64,000 nt of DNA, taken from NCBI GenBank assembly GCA_963677435.1, contig OY781945.1, forward strand, positions 2,304,001 to 2,368,000, read 5' to 3'. Under the pieces are notes generated by a model. The model worked only from the letters and a program-made list of their open reading frames with translations. It searched no databases and had not been told where the DNA came from. The stretch's first letter is position 1. Every line of letters starts with the position of its first letter. The stretch comes from an uncultured Aliarcobacter sp. Lineage in GTDB: Bacteria > Campylobacterota > Campylobacteria > Campylobacterales > Arcobacteraceae. The position numbers were made by a program, and so were the translations under genes. Shown one piece after another: positions 51,212 through 61,355 of this stretch.

Positions 51212-53349
51212 TTTTGAAAGCATTTATTTTAAGCCTAATTTTAAATATTTCTCTACTTGCCTGCGCTGATGGTTGGGATTATAACGAAAAAGAGTTTGTA
51301 TTTTTACAACATAGAAATCAACCATTTTCAAATATTGCAGAAGAGATAAAATCTGCAAATGTTTATAATACAATTTATTGGAGTTATGAAAAAAACAATA
51401 AAGAAAAAAATATTCAAGAGTGGATGAAACAACTAAATAATAGTTTTTCTGCAAAACAGATTGAAGATTTTGTTTACAAAAGAAAAAACTTAGACTTGAT
51501 AAAAGACAAAGAAATTAAAGATTATTTGATTTTTGTAGGTGAACAAGAAAAACATGTAAGTGATGGATATTATTCAAAGGATGAACTAAAAAATCTAAAA
51601 GATTTTAATCTTTTAATAAAAGAAGCCGTGGCAAAAATAGATACAGTAAATTCACCATATTTAAAACTAAGATATTTTTATTTAGCACTAAGACTTGCGC
51701 ACTTTAAAAATCAAGAACCTTTGGCTTTATATGAAAAATATAAATATTTATTAGATTCAAAAGATAATACTATTGTAAAAGATTGGATTCAAGGTTTATA
51801 CGCAGGTGCTTTAGTAAAAAATGGACAAACTGTAAAAGGAGTTTATGAATTCACAAAATTATTTGATGAAAACAAAATAAACTGGCATTTAAGTTACTAC
51901 AATTTTCACCATATAAAAACAAATGAACAATGGAATGAATTACTAAAATTAGCCCAAAACAATGAAGAAAAAACAAAATTTTATGCCCTAAGAGCTTTAA
52001 ATGAAAATAGTAATGTACTTGAAGAGTTACAAAATATTTATACTATTGATAAAAACTCAAAATGGTTTGATTTCACACTTTACAGAGAGCTTTTAAATAC
52101 TCAACACTTTTTTGATCAAAATAATGAAATTGAAAGAAATTTTCCATTCAAAAAATATATAGATTATTTAAAAACAATAAATAAAGATGATATGTATTTA
52201 GTTAATTTATCTTTAGGATATTTTAATTTATATGAAAATAATTTTGCTGAAGCTTCAACTATTGAAAAAGATTTATTAAATAAATACCCAAATTCACATG
52301 AAGTTCAAACTTTTTCTTATATTTTATATCTGCAAAAATTAGAAAAAATTGACAGAGAAACTGAAAATATAATTTATGACAGAATGGAAAAACTAATCAA
52401 AGAGGAAACAACTTCAACTGCTATTCATGATTATACTTTTGTTGTATTAAAAAAACTATATCTAAAACAAAATGATAAATTTTATGCTTTTTTAGCTTCA
52501 AATATCAACTATTTAGATGAAGCTTCTTTTGATTTAGCCTTATTAGAAAAATTTAGAATTTTTATGCAAGAGCCAAAACAATCAAAAATTCAAGAACATT
52601 TTGCAAAAAAATATTTAGAACAAAATTTATTAAAAAAACAAAACAATCAATTTGTTTTAAATGATAATCTACAAGAAGCAAAAACAAAACTTCTAATAAA
52701 TAATCTAAAATTTGAAGAAGCTTTAGAGTTAAACTCTAATTATTTAAGCACTCTTGTTCAATTTAATCCTTTTAATGGATTAATTAGAGGAAATAACAGA
52801 AGTGGGAAACAAGATGTTATGAGTGTAAAAGAGTTTTTAGAAAAAACTATTTTAATAAAAAAAGAGATTGAAAAAAATCCAAATAGTGTAATGGATAACT
52901 ATCTTTTTGCCAACGCTTTATATAATCTTAGTTATTTTGGGAACTCAAATATTTTAACAACAGTTTATAGAAGTGTTTACTCTTTTAATGACAAAGATTT
53001 ACAAAAAGAAAAAATTGATTTAGCAATAAAATATTATACAAAAGCCCAAGAAGAAGCAAAAGAGAAAGAGTTTAAAGCCAAAATAACTTATATGCTTGCA
53101 AAAGCTGAATTAGCTTTATATGATATAAATTATTCAACAAAAACTCAGGATTATTACAACAAAGATTTAAGTAGATTTGAACTTGAGCGATATTGGTTTT
53201 ATAACAATGAAAAAGTTTATGACTCTTATATCAAAAACAATTACGGAAAATATTTTGATATATTAAAAAAAGATTATAGTAACACTAAATACTACAAAGA
53301 GATTATAAAAGAGTGTGCCAATCTTAGAATTTATCAAAAATCAAAATAA
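51208..53349 (+). CDS. Large exported alpha-helical (TPR-like) hypothetical protein
   Basis: Signal peptide ending LAC-ADGWD, helical repeats, C-terminal IKEC; ATGA overlap with the upstream gene. Confidence 0.7.
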   Translation: MILKAFILSLILNISLLACADGWDYNEKEFVFLQHRNQPFSNIAEEIKSANVYNTIYWSYEKNNKEKNIQEWMKQLNNSFSAKQIEDFVYKRKNLDLIKDKEIKDYLIFVGEQEKHVSDGYYSKDELKNLKDFNLLIKEAVAKIDTVNSPYLKLRYFYLALRLAHFKNQEPLALYEKYKYLLDSKDNTIVKDWIQGLYAGALVKNGQTVKGVYEFTKLFDENKINWHLSYYNFHHIKTNEQWNELLKLAQNNEEKTKFYALRALNENSNVLEELQNIYTIDKNSKWFDFTLYRELLNTQHFFDQNNEIERNFPFKKYIDYLKTINKDDMYLVNLSLGYFNLYENNFAEASTIEKDLLNKYPNSHEVQTFSYILYLQKLEKIDRETENIIYDRMEKLIKEETTSTAIHDYTFVVLKKLYLKQNDKFYAFLASNINYLDEASFDLALLEKFRIFMQEPKQSKIQEHFAKKYLEQNLLKKQNNQFVLNDNLQEAKTKLLINNLKFEEALELNSNYLSTLVQFNPFNGLIRGNNRSGKQDVMSVKEFLEKTILIKKEIEKNPNSVMDNYLFANALYNLSYFGNSNILTTVYRSVYSFNDKDLQKEKIDLAIKYYTKAQEEAKEKEFKAKITYMLAKAELALYDINYSTKTQDYYNKDLSRFELERYWFYNNEKVYDSYIKNNYGKYFDILKKDYSNTKYYKEIIKECANLRIYQKSK

Positions 53350-53415
53350 ATAATTATAAGCAAGGTATTCAGGAATATTTGATAATATATTACTATAAAT
53401 AAACAAGGGAATTTA

Positions 53416-54162
53416 ATGCAATATTTTGGAACAATTGAAACTAAATATGAAGAGATTTTTTTAACGCAAAGTTATATGTATTTTAATGCAGAAGATGAAG
53501 AAATAACTGTTAAAGAATTAAAAGAAAAAATAAAAACAGCAAAAGATAGAAAAAAAAATATAATTGGAACTGTATTTTTATACAGTCCAATGGTAACTCC
53601 AGTGGGATTTGATTCAAATAAATATTTATTAGAGCAAGATTTTGAAGATTATGGAAAAATGATTGAACTAAAAGCAGAGGGATATATTACAGTTTTCAAA
53701 CAAGCTATGAGAGAACATTGTGCAGGGAAAATTGTAGAGATTAGAAATCTATTTAATCTAATAGAAAAAAGTATAGATATTCCTGTTTTATTAGAAAAAT
53801 TCAATAGTGATTTAGAGAGTTACAACTCTTTTCAAACAACACAATTTGACAGAGATATTATGTATTTAGATGCTGCAAATTTAATTCCAAGTGGAAAATT
53901 TGTATTTTTCTGTTGGGGAGATAAAATCAAAGAAAAAGAATTCCCATACATAAATGATTATGCAAGAGTACTTTATGAGAACAGTGTAAAATTAGGTAAA
54001 AAAGTAGTTTTTGTTTATAAAAAAGAGAAAACTCAACAAGGAGCTGTTGATTATCTACAATTTTCAAATCCTATGCAAAATTATAAATACAAAAATTCAA
54101 TAATAAATTCTATAAAAAAGGCTTTTGAAGAGTTTCCTCCGTCAATAACTCCATATGAATAA
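53416..54162 (+). CDS. Hypothetical protein, weak resemblance to the DUF1643/UDG-like fold
   Basis: VFLYSP, VEIRNLFNL and FVFFCWG are spaced like the NP / NLF / AWG motifs. Confidence 0.55.
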   Translation: MQYFGTIETKYEEIFLTQSYMYFNAEDEEITVKELKEKIKTAKDRKKNIIGTVFLYSPMVTPVGFDSNKYLLEQDFEDYGKMIELKAEGYITVFKQAMREHCAGKIVEIRNLFNLIEKSIDIPVLLEKFNSDLESYNSFQTTQFDRDIMYLDAANLIPSGKFVFFCWGDKIKEKEFPYINDYARVLYENSVKLGKKVVFVYKKEKTQQGAVDYLQFSNPMQNYKYKNSIINSIKKAFEEFPPSITPYE

Positions 54163-54173
54163 AAGGTAAAATT

Positions 54174-55427
54174 ATGTTTACACCAGATTTTTTAAAAAAA
54201 CAAAGAGTACTGTTTGTAGAAGATGAAGAGTTAGCTAGAGAAAAACTAGCAAAACTCTTAAGTAAACTTTTTAAAGAAGTTATTTTAGCATCAAATGGTC
54301 TTGAAGGTTTAGAAAAATTTGAAAAATCTAAAATAACAAATGAAAAAATTGATTTAATCATTTCTGATATTAATATGCCAATTATGAATGGCCTTGATAT
54401 GTTAGAAAAGATTAGAGAAATCGATTATTTTATTCCTGCAATTTTTACAACTGCTAGAAGTGAAACTGATAATTTAGTACGAGCTATCGACTTAAATGTA
54501 AGTAACTATATTATTAAGCCCATTGACACAACAATACTTGTAAGAAAAATAACAGAAGTTTGTGAAAAAAGCTTTTTTGAAACAGAACTTCAAGATAAAC
54601 AAAAAGAACTTCAAAAATATTTAGATGCAGTTGATAGTGTAGCTCTAATTTTCAAAATGGATGGAGATGGGAATATCACTTTTGCAAATAAAAGTCTACT
54701 AGAAGCTTCAAAGTATACTCTTGAAGAGTTAAAAGAGCTAGGATTTAAAGGTTTAATTCATCCTGATATTCCTAAAGATTATATTGAAGAAACATGGAAA
54801 ATTCTAAAAAATGATGAACCATGGTCAGGAAATACAAAATTTCTTGCAAAAGATAATGAAATTTTTTATCTAAAAAATACAATCTTTAGTCTTAAAATTA
54901 ATGATCAAATAGAATATATTACTATTGGATTTTCAACAACTAAAGAGAATATTGAAAAAAGAGAGTTTCAAAAAAAAGTTATAAAAACAATTCAAGAATT
55001 TAATAAAAAAGAGTTTACTTATAAAAAATCTCTTCATGATTTAAGTGAACAAATTAGTCAACTTGAATCATATATAAGAAGATTAGAAGATGAATTAGAA
55101 GATCAAAAAGCAAAAACTGCAAATAGACAAAGACAACTCGATCATTATGAAATGCAAATGCATAATGTAGATGAAAAATATTATGGAACTATGACTGTAA
55201 AAGCAAAAGAAGCAGAAGAATATGCAAGAACGCTTGCGATGATAAAACAAGAAAAAAATCTAATTGCAGAGAAATATAAAGAAGCAAATGAAGAAATAGT
55301 TGCAACAAAAAAAGAGTTGGCACTTTTAATGAAAACAAATGAGGAAAAAATTAAAAAGATTTATGACTTAACAGATGTAATTAAATCACTTGAGATAAGA
55401 ATCAAAGATTTACTTGAAGTAAAATAA
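54174..55427 (+). CDS. Receiver-PAS-coiled-coil signalling protein
   Basis: LFVEDE, SDINMPIMNG, YIIKP; PAS (GNITFAN...HPD...WSG); long C-terminal coiled coil. Confidence 0.85.
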   Translation: MFTPDFLKKQRVLFVEDEELAREKLAKLLSKLFKEVILASNGLEGLEKFEKSKITNEKIDLIISDINMPIMNGLDMLEKIREIDYFIPAIFTTARSETDNLVRAIDLNVSNYIIKPIDTTILVRKITEVCEKSFFETELQDKQKELQKYLDAVDSVALIFKMDGDGNITFANKSLLEASKYTLEELKELGFKGLIHPDIPKDYIEETWKILKNDEPWSGNTKFLAKDNEIFYLKNTIFSLKINDQIEYITIGFSTTKENIEKREFQKKVIKTIQEFNKKEFTYKKSLHDLSEQISQLESYIRRLEDELEDQKAKTANRQRQLDHYEMQMHNVDEKYYGTMTVKAKEAEEYARTLAMIKQEKNLIAEKYKEANEEIVATKKELALLMKTNEEKIKKIYDLTDVIKSLEIRIKDLLEVK

Positions 55428-55428
55428 A

Positions 55429-55456
55429 ATTTCAAACAACTACAGTTGTTTGAAAT
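55429..55456. terminator. Bidirectional terminator-like hairpin between convergent genes
   Basis: ATTTCAAACAAC-TACA-GTTGTTTGAAAT. Confidence 0.6.
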
Positions 55457-55469
55457 AATATCTATAGCT

Positions 55470-56057
55470 TTATATTAAAGCTTCTATCCATGAAACCACT
55501 TGATTTAAACTCTCTTTATCTTTTCTTGAAATAAATACTGAGGGTTTATTTTTTCTATTATTTGAAACATCACTTCTCATAAGCTCTAAATCAACATCCA
55601 CATATGGTGCCAAGTCTATTTTATTTACCACAAGTAAATCTGAGAAAAGCAATCCTGCACCCTTTTTTCGAGGAATATCTGCACCTTGAGCCACATCGAT
55701 AATATACATATAATAATCTATCAATTCATAAGAAAAAGTAGCACTTAAATTATCTCCACCACTTTCCACAAAAACAATATCTGGATTGAACTTTTCTTCA
55801 AGCTCAATCACAGCTCGCTGATTCATAGAAATATCATCTCTAATTGCAGTATGAGGACAACCACCAGTTTCAACTCCTATGATTCTATTTTCATCTAAAT
55901 CAAGGTGTTGTTTTAGATAGTTTGCATCTTCTGTTGTATAAATATCATTTGTTACAATTCCTAAAGAGTATTTATCTTTTAGAATATTTGTTAAGCTTTC
56001 AATTAAAGAAGTTTTTCCACTTCCAACTGGTCCTGCTATTCCTATTTTTAGTGCCAT
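55470..56057 (-). CDS. ureG: Urease accessory GTPase
   Basis: GPVGSGKT, ETGGCPHTAIR, ESGGDNL, NKIDLAP. Confidence 0.96.
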   Translation of the reverse strand: MALKIGIAGPVGSGKTSLIESLTNILKDKYSLGIVTNDIYTTEDANYLKQHLDLDENRIIGVETGGCPHTAIRDDISMNQRAVIELEEKFNPDIVFVESGGDNLSATFSYELIDYYMYIIDVAQGADIPRKKGAGLLFSDLLVVNKIDLAPYVDVDLELMRSDVSNNRKNKPSVFISRKDKESLNQVVSWIEALI

Positions 56058-56102
56058 TCATTACTCCTTTTTTCCCTAATTTAATTTTTTCATAATAAGA
56101 GA

Positions 56103-56182
56103 TTTTGTTTTATTTCAAGGCGATAAGTTAGGAGTTTACTATTAGTAAATGACTAAATTCTCAACGAAGAAATAAGACAAAA
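56103..56182. repeat. ~80-bp palindromic (REP/MITE-like) element between ureF and ureG
   Basis: 14-bp terminal arms TTTTGTTTTATTTC / GAAATAAGACAAAA and inner TTTACT-ATT-AGTAAA hairpin. Confidence 0.6.
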
Positions 56183-56188
56183 GAATTA

Positions 56189-56878
56189 TTATGTTGTGAA
56201 CATTTTGGGTTCTAAATTTTTGTGAGAGAATATAATTTCTTCAAATAGTGGATTAAAATTTGTGATTTTATTCCCTATATTTTTAAAATCAAAATCTTCT
56301 AAAATCTCATCAAACTCAAACAACATTTGTTGTATTTGTGAGGGTTTTATTCTTGATATTTTAAGTGTTGTTGCTGCTATATTTATAAGATTCTTTTTCG
56401 TCCACATCACGATAAAATCTTCCATACAAATATCTAAATCATAGGCATAAGCACTTAAAACTATTATCTCATTTGATTCACTTTTTTTTTCTTCTATGGC
56501 TTGAAAATACTCTTTTACAATATCTTTTGAAGCTAGATTTTTTATTTGGGCAAAATAGTTATCTCCCATATTTTTAGAAGCTTTTGCATACTCAAAAGTA
56601 AGATACGAAGCATATTGATTATCAAGTTTTTTTACTAAATTTAATCTATTATTTTCTAAAGCTTCATAAACTTTTTTTATATAAACGAACTCCATTTTTG
56701 AGTATTGGTCAATGATTAGATTTTTTAGATAAATTTTTAAACCATCTATATCTTTTACATTTTCTTTTATAATATGTGGTTCAAGTCCAAAAGAGTGCAC
56801 AAAAACACCTGAGGGAAATGTTCCATCAAGTATTTGTAAAAATCTGCTTAGGCTTTTTAGCTTTGTTCTTTTTTGCAT
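56189..56878 (-). CDS. ureF: Urease accessory protein UreF (start could be 56905)
   Basis: LQILDGTFPSGVFVHSFGLE, C-terminal H..LEPKMFTT. Confidence 0.9.
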   Translation of the reverse strand: MQKRTKLKSLSRFLQILDGTFPSGVFVHSFGLEPHIIKENVKDIDGLKIYLKNLIIDQYSKMEFVYIKKVYEALENNRLNLVKKLDNQYASYLTFEYAKASKNMGDNYFAQIKNLASKDIVKEYFQAIEEKKSESNEIIVLSAYAYDLDICMEDFIVMWTKKNLINIAATTLKISRIKPSQIQQMLFEFDEILEDFDFKNIGNKITNFNPLFEEIIFSHKNLEPKMFTT

Positions 56879-56879
56879 T

Positions 56880-57326
56880 TTAGTGGCTGTGGTGTGCTTT
56901 ACCATTTGGTTTAAAGTAGCCTTTTGTTTTCTCACACTTTACAGCTGTGTTTGCATAACAATCTTTGATAATATCACTTAACGAAATATCATCTAAAACA
57001 ATGATTTTAAACTCTTCAATCATCACTGGTTGGTGCCTATTTCCAATTTCATAAGCAGTTTTTGCAAATGATAAAGCATCGCTAAACTCTAAAGTAAAAA
57101 TCTCATCTTCACTTCTTTTTACTTTTATGGTATAACCATCTTCACAAACTAAAACATCATTTTCATGCAGATGTGTAAACTTAGCTTTAACTACTAAATT
57201 CACACCTTTTTTACTAACAGCAGTTAAGTTTGGTTTTTGCATATCAAACCAAGAGAGTTCAACCTCATCACTTGTTTCAATATCTTTTTTTATCTCTATT
57301 ACTTTTTTTATTACGCTAAATGTCAA
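56880..57326 (-). CDS. ureE: Urease accessory nickel chaperone UreE
   Basis: AYEIGNRHQP and a HHSH tail. Confidence 0.92.
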   Translation of the reverse strand: MTFSVIKKVIEIKKDIETSDEVELSWFDMQKPNLTAVSKKGVNLVVKAKFTHLHENDVLVCEDGYTIKVKRSEDEIFTLEFSDALSFAKTAYEIGNRHQPVMIEEFKIIVLDDISLSDIIKDCYANTAVKCEKTKGYFKPNGKAHHSH

Positions 57327-57335
57327 AATGATTCC

Positions 57336-59039
57336 TTAAAACATAAAATATTTTTTAGCCATTGGAACTACTGATACATAGTTTGACTCTATTAGTTCAC
57401 CGTTTACAGTTACATCATAAGTTTCTGGATCTACTTTTATATCTCCTATAAAGTCATTTAACTTCATATCTTTTTTACCTATATTTCTTGTGTTTTTAAC
57501 AGCTAACATTGATTTACTGATTCCAAGTTTTACATCTAAATCATCTTCAAGAGCTACTTTTGAAGTGAATATTACACTTGTTTTTGCACTTGCTTTTCCT
57601 AAACTTCCAAACATTTTTCTATACATACTTGGTTCTGGTGTTGGAATTGAAGCATTTGAATCACCCATTAAAGCAAGGGCTATAAATCCACCTTTAATGA
57701 TGATTTCTGGTTTTACTCCAAAAAATGCCCTATTCCATAAAACTAAATCGGCCATTTTCCCAACTTCTACACTTCCTACATATTCATCAATTCCGGAAGC
57801 AATTGCTGGATTTATTGTATATTTTGCGATATATCTTTTGATTCTATTGTTATCACTTTTTTCATCATCACCAGCTAAGATTCCTCGTTGTTGTTTCATA
57901 GAGTCTGCAACTTGCCATGTTCGTATTAGAACTTCACCAACTCTTCCCATTGCTTGTGAATCTGAACTTGTGATTGAAATTGCACCCATATCATGTAGTA
58001 CATCTTCAGCTGCTATTGTTTTTCCTCTGATTCTTGATTCTGCAAAACTTACATCTTCTGGTATTTTTGGACTTAAATGGTGACAAACCATAAGCATATC
58101 AAGATGTTCTTCTATTGTGTTTTTTGTATATGGTAAAGTAGGATTCGTACTAGATGGAAGTACATTTGCCATACCTGCTACTTTTATAATATCAGGGGCA
58201 TGTCCACCACCTGCTCCTTCACTATGGAAAGTGTGAATTGTTCTATCTTTAAAAGAGCCAACAGTTGTTTCCACAAATCCAGATTCATTTAGTGTATCTG
58301 TATGAATTGCAACTTGGACATCATACTTATCTGCTACACTTAAACAAGTATCTATAGCATTTGGAGTACTTCCCCAATCCTCGTGGAGTTTAAGCCCCAT
58401 TGCTCCTGCTTTTATCTGAACTTCTAAAGCCTCTTTTGATGAACTATTTCCTTTTCCCATAAATCCAAAGTTTAGAGGTAAATCATCCACACTTTGAATC
58501 ATTTTTGCTATGTTCCAAGCCCCTGGTGTACAAGTTGTAGCATTTGTTCCAGTGTTTGGTCCAGTTCCTCCACCAATCATGGTAGTAATTCCACTAGCTA
58601 GGGCTTCATCAATTTGACCTGGACTTATAAAGTGAATGTGAGTGTCAATTGCTCCAGCTGTGATGATTTTTCCCTCAGCTGAAAGTATTTCAGTATTTGC
58701 TCCAATTTCTAAGCCATGGGTTATTCCATCACATAGATTTGGATTTCCTGATTTTCCAATGGCGCTGATTTTGCCATCTTTGATTCCAATATCAGCTTTG
58801 TAAATACCTGTGTAGTCAATGATTATTGCATTTGTGATAATCAAATCAGCCACTTCAACAGCAGTTGGACTTTGAGCCATTCCATCTCTTATAGTTTTTC
58901 CCCCACCAAACTTACTCTCTTCACCGTAAGTTGTGTAATCTTTTTCAATTTTTGCGATTAATGAAGTATCGGCAAGTCTAAATCTATCACCAACTGTTGG
59001 TCCATACATTGAAGCATATTTTTCTTTTGACATCTTCAT
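57336..59039 (-). CDS. ureC: Urease catalytic (alpha) subunit
   Basis: [45 protein letters not shown]. Confidence 0.97.
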   Translation of the reverse strand: MKMSKEKYASMYGPTVGDRFRLADTSLIAKIEKDYTTYGEESKFGGGKTIRDGMAQSPTAVEVADLIITNAIIIDYTGIYKADIGIKDGKISAIGKSGNPNLCDGITHGLEIGANTEILSAEGKIITAGAIDTHIHFISPGQIDEALASGITTMIGGGTGPNTGTNATTCTPGAWNIAKMIQSVDDLPLNFGFMGKGNSSSKEALEVQIKAGAMGLKLHEDWGSTPNAIDTCLSVADKYDVQVAIHTDTLNESGFVETTVGSFKDRTIHTFHSEGAGGGHAPDIIKVAGMANVLPSSTNPTLPYTKNTIEEHLDMLMVCHHLSPKIPEDVSFAESRIRGKTIAAEDVLHDMGAISITSSDSQAMGRVGEVLIRTWQVADSMKQQRGILAGDDEKSDNNRIKRYIAKYTINPAIASGIDEYVGSVEVGKMADLVLWNRAFFGVKPEIIIKGGFIALALMGDSNASIPTPEPSMYRKMFGSLGKASAKTSVIFTSKVALEDDLDVKLGISKSMLAVKNTRNIGKKDMKLNDFIGDIKVDPETYDVTVNGELIESNYVSVVPMAKKYFMF

Positions 59040-59040
59040 C

Positions 59041-59718
59041 TTATACTCCTAAAAACTTATTTAGATTTTCCATTGCTTTGGCTTTTACATTCTCATCATC
59101 TAAAAAGCCCTCAACCAAACCATTAAATCCACTCACATATCTTCGCCCACTAAAATCTATTAAGTTAATACTTTTTATAGAACCTGGTTCAAATCGTACA
59201 GAAGTTCCAGCTGCAACATCAAGTCTTTTTCCATAAGCTTGACTTCTATCAAAATCTAAAGCACTATTTACTTCAAAGAAGTGATAATGTGAACCAATTT
59301 GTACTGGCCTATCACCTTTGTTTTCCACTTCAATAGTAATTATTTGTTTATTTGCATTTAGTTCTATTTCACCCTCATCTATTAAATAAGCGCCTGGTAA
59401 ATCTGAACTGTTTTTATAAGGGATTGGATTGTGAACAGTAACAAGTTTTGTACCATCATCAAAAGTAGCTTCAACTTGAACCATGTGCATCATGGAAGCC
59501 ACTCCATCCATAACATGCTCCTCTTTTAAAACTTTTGTAGCATCAACCATAAGTTGAGCAACACTTTTTCCATCCCTTGCACCCTCAATAATATATGAGC
59601 TCAAAATTGCTGTAGCTTCTGGGAAGTTTAGTTTTAAACCTCTATTTTTTCTCTCATTTGCTAAGAGAGAAGCTGTATAAAGCATTAGTTTTTCTTGTTC
59701 ACGATTTGTAAGAAACAT
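59041..59718 (-). CDS. ureA: Urease fused gamma/beta subunit
   Basis: [53 protein letters not shown] 59718 with AAGGAG RBS. Confidence 0.95.
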   Translation of the reverse strand: MFLTNREQEKLMLYTASLLANERKNRGLKLNFPEATAILSSYIIEGARDGKSVAQLMVDATKVLKEEHVMDGVASMMHMVQVEATFDDGTKLVTVHNPIPYKNSSDLPGAYLIDEGEIELNANKQIITIEVENKGDRPVQIGSHYHFFEVNSALDFDRSQAYGKRLDVAAGTSVRFEPGSIKSINLIDFSGRRYVSGFNGLVEGFLDDENVKAKAMENLNKFLGV

Positions 59719-59829
59719 CCTATTATCTCCTTTTAAAATTATTATATATATCAAAAATTTCAGTATTAGTTTATCAAATTTAAAACGATTATTATTTTTG
59801 CACCTGTATATTTATTAAGCATATAATTT

Positions 59830-60342
59830 CTACTTTAATATTTCTATATCTTCACTTAGTTCTAACTCTATACAATCAACAACTTTATTTTCACTCTTTC
59901 CCAAATCACTTCTATCTATTACAATAAATTGTTCATTATCTTCTAAACTAATTAAAGGGAAATGCCAGATTGCTTTTTTGTAAAAAACACCTTGATTTCC
60001 ATTTGTTTTAAAAACTTTTAATGTATCTAAATCAGGTTTTTCATCACCAAGGGCAACTACCAATAAAAATGGTTTTGTACTTCTTGGCATAAATGTTTGT
60101 GAGAAATATGGATGTTTTTCCATCATATTTATTTTTAAAGGAAACTCTCTTTTTTTACCAACATATAAATGAAAAGTAGCAACGCCTCCAAAATCATTAC
60201 AATCCATATTACATAGATTATAATGTTTATTGGCAAAACCATTATTTATAACAATTGATTCACTTTGCTCTACACTTAACACTTTTCCATATGCTTCAAA
60301 ATTTTCACAAGTTAAAACAATAGGTTTTAAAACTTTTTTCAT
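59830..60342 (-). CDS. allA: Ureidoglycolate lyase
   Basis: MEKHPYFSQTFMP, QGVFYKKAIWHFPL, FIVIDR. Confidence 0.9.
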   Translation of the reverse strand: MKKVLKPIVLTCENFEAYGKVLSVEQSESIVINNGFANKHYNLCNMDCNDFGGVATFHLYVGKKREFPLKINMMEKHPYFSQTFMPRSTKPFLLVVALGDEKPDLDTLKVFKTNGNQGVFYKKAIWHFPLISLEDNEQFIVIDRSDLGKSENKVVDCIELELSEDIEILK

Positions 60343-60344
60343 AC

Positions 60345-61343
60345 TTATTTTCCAAGCTCTTCAACTCTTATAAATTTCCCAAATAGTTTTAATCTTGAAA
60401 CTCCACCATCAGGGAAAATATTGATTCTTATGTGAGTAATTGGTTTTTTATGAAGTAAAAAAGTCTCATCAAAATAGTGTTTATTATCCATTGTTAATTT
60501 TTGTTTTGAGATTAACTCTTCCCAAAACATACTTTGCGTAATTACTGAATTATCTGTTGTATTTTCTAAATATGCCGTACAAATAGAAAAAGAATCTGCA
60601 AAATTTCCTTTGAAAAACTTTGTATCAATCATAATATTATCAATAATTGCTGGTTTTGCAAGTTCAATAATTCCCCAGTCAAATCCTGGTTCTCTTCTTC
60701 TTCTTGTTTCCCAACCATCACCCATATTTAAAGCGTCTTCATCTTTTAAAATATTTTTTAATGCTCCGTAAAATTCATTGTTTGTATAAACATCTCTTGC
60801 TCCATTTCTCATAGAAATAACATTTATATTTTCTTCTTTATAAAGTTTTTCATCAAAACAAATTTCACCAAAGGCCTTAAATCTTGCAATTCCTCCATCT
60901 GGAAAAATATCAACTTTTAGATGTGTAACTTCACTTTTAAAACTTGAATCAAAAGTATGTTTATTATCTCCTTGTAAATCACTTTGAGCTAAAAGTTCAA
61001 AACTTTCCAAGCTTTCATATTTTTCTAAAAATTCTTCATCTTTCATATCTTTTGCATTATATGCTTTAATAGAAATAGCTAAGGGATAATTTCCTCTAAA
61101 AAAAGATGTATCAACTAAAAAAGAGTTGATTTTAGACATGGTTCCTAGTTTAATAATGCAATAGTCATTTCCACCATTTCTTCGTCTTCGTGTCTCCCAA
61201 CCATCCATCCAATGTCCATTTTCATCAAACTCTTCTTTGAATACAGCTTCACTTTCTTGAAGCATTCTATCTGCACTTGCAAAAAATTCATCAGTTGTAA
61301 AAATTACTTTACTTCCAAGTTCAAAACTTGCTACATTTATCAT
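60345..61343 (-). CDS. alc: Allantoicase
   Basis: Two repeats with DGWETRRRR, DTxFFxGN and IFPDGG. Confidence 0.95.
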   Translation of the reverse strand: MINVASFELGSKVIFTTDEFFASADRMLQESEAVFKEEFDENGHWMDGWETRRRRNGGNDYCIIKLGTMSKINSFLVDTSFFRGNYPLAISIKAYNAKDMKDEEFLEKYESLESFELLAQSDLQGDNKHTFDSSFKSEVTHLKVDIFPDGGIARFKAFGEICFDEKLYKEENINVISMRNGARDVYTNNEFYGALKNILKDEDALNMGDGWETRRRREPGFDWGIIELAKPAIIDNIMIDTKFFKGNFADSFSICTAYLENTTDNSVITQSMFWEELISKQKLTMDNKHYFDETFLLHKKPITHIRINIFPDGGVSRLKLFGKFIRVEELGK

Positions 61344-61355
61344 TATTTTTCCTTA

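Noticed and set aside
57490..58083. 197-aa antisense ORF in ureC and the other short overlapping ORFs in the track (e.g. 1360, 3574, 7832, 17614, 23684, 43178)
   Set aside because: Shadow frames of well-supported genes with no RBS or recognisable motif.
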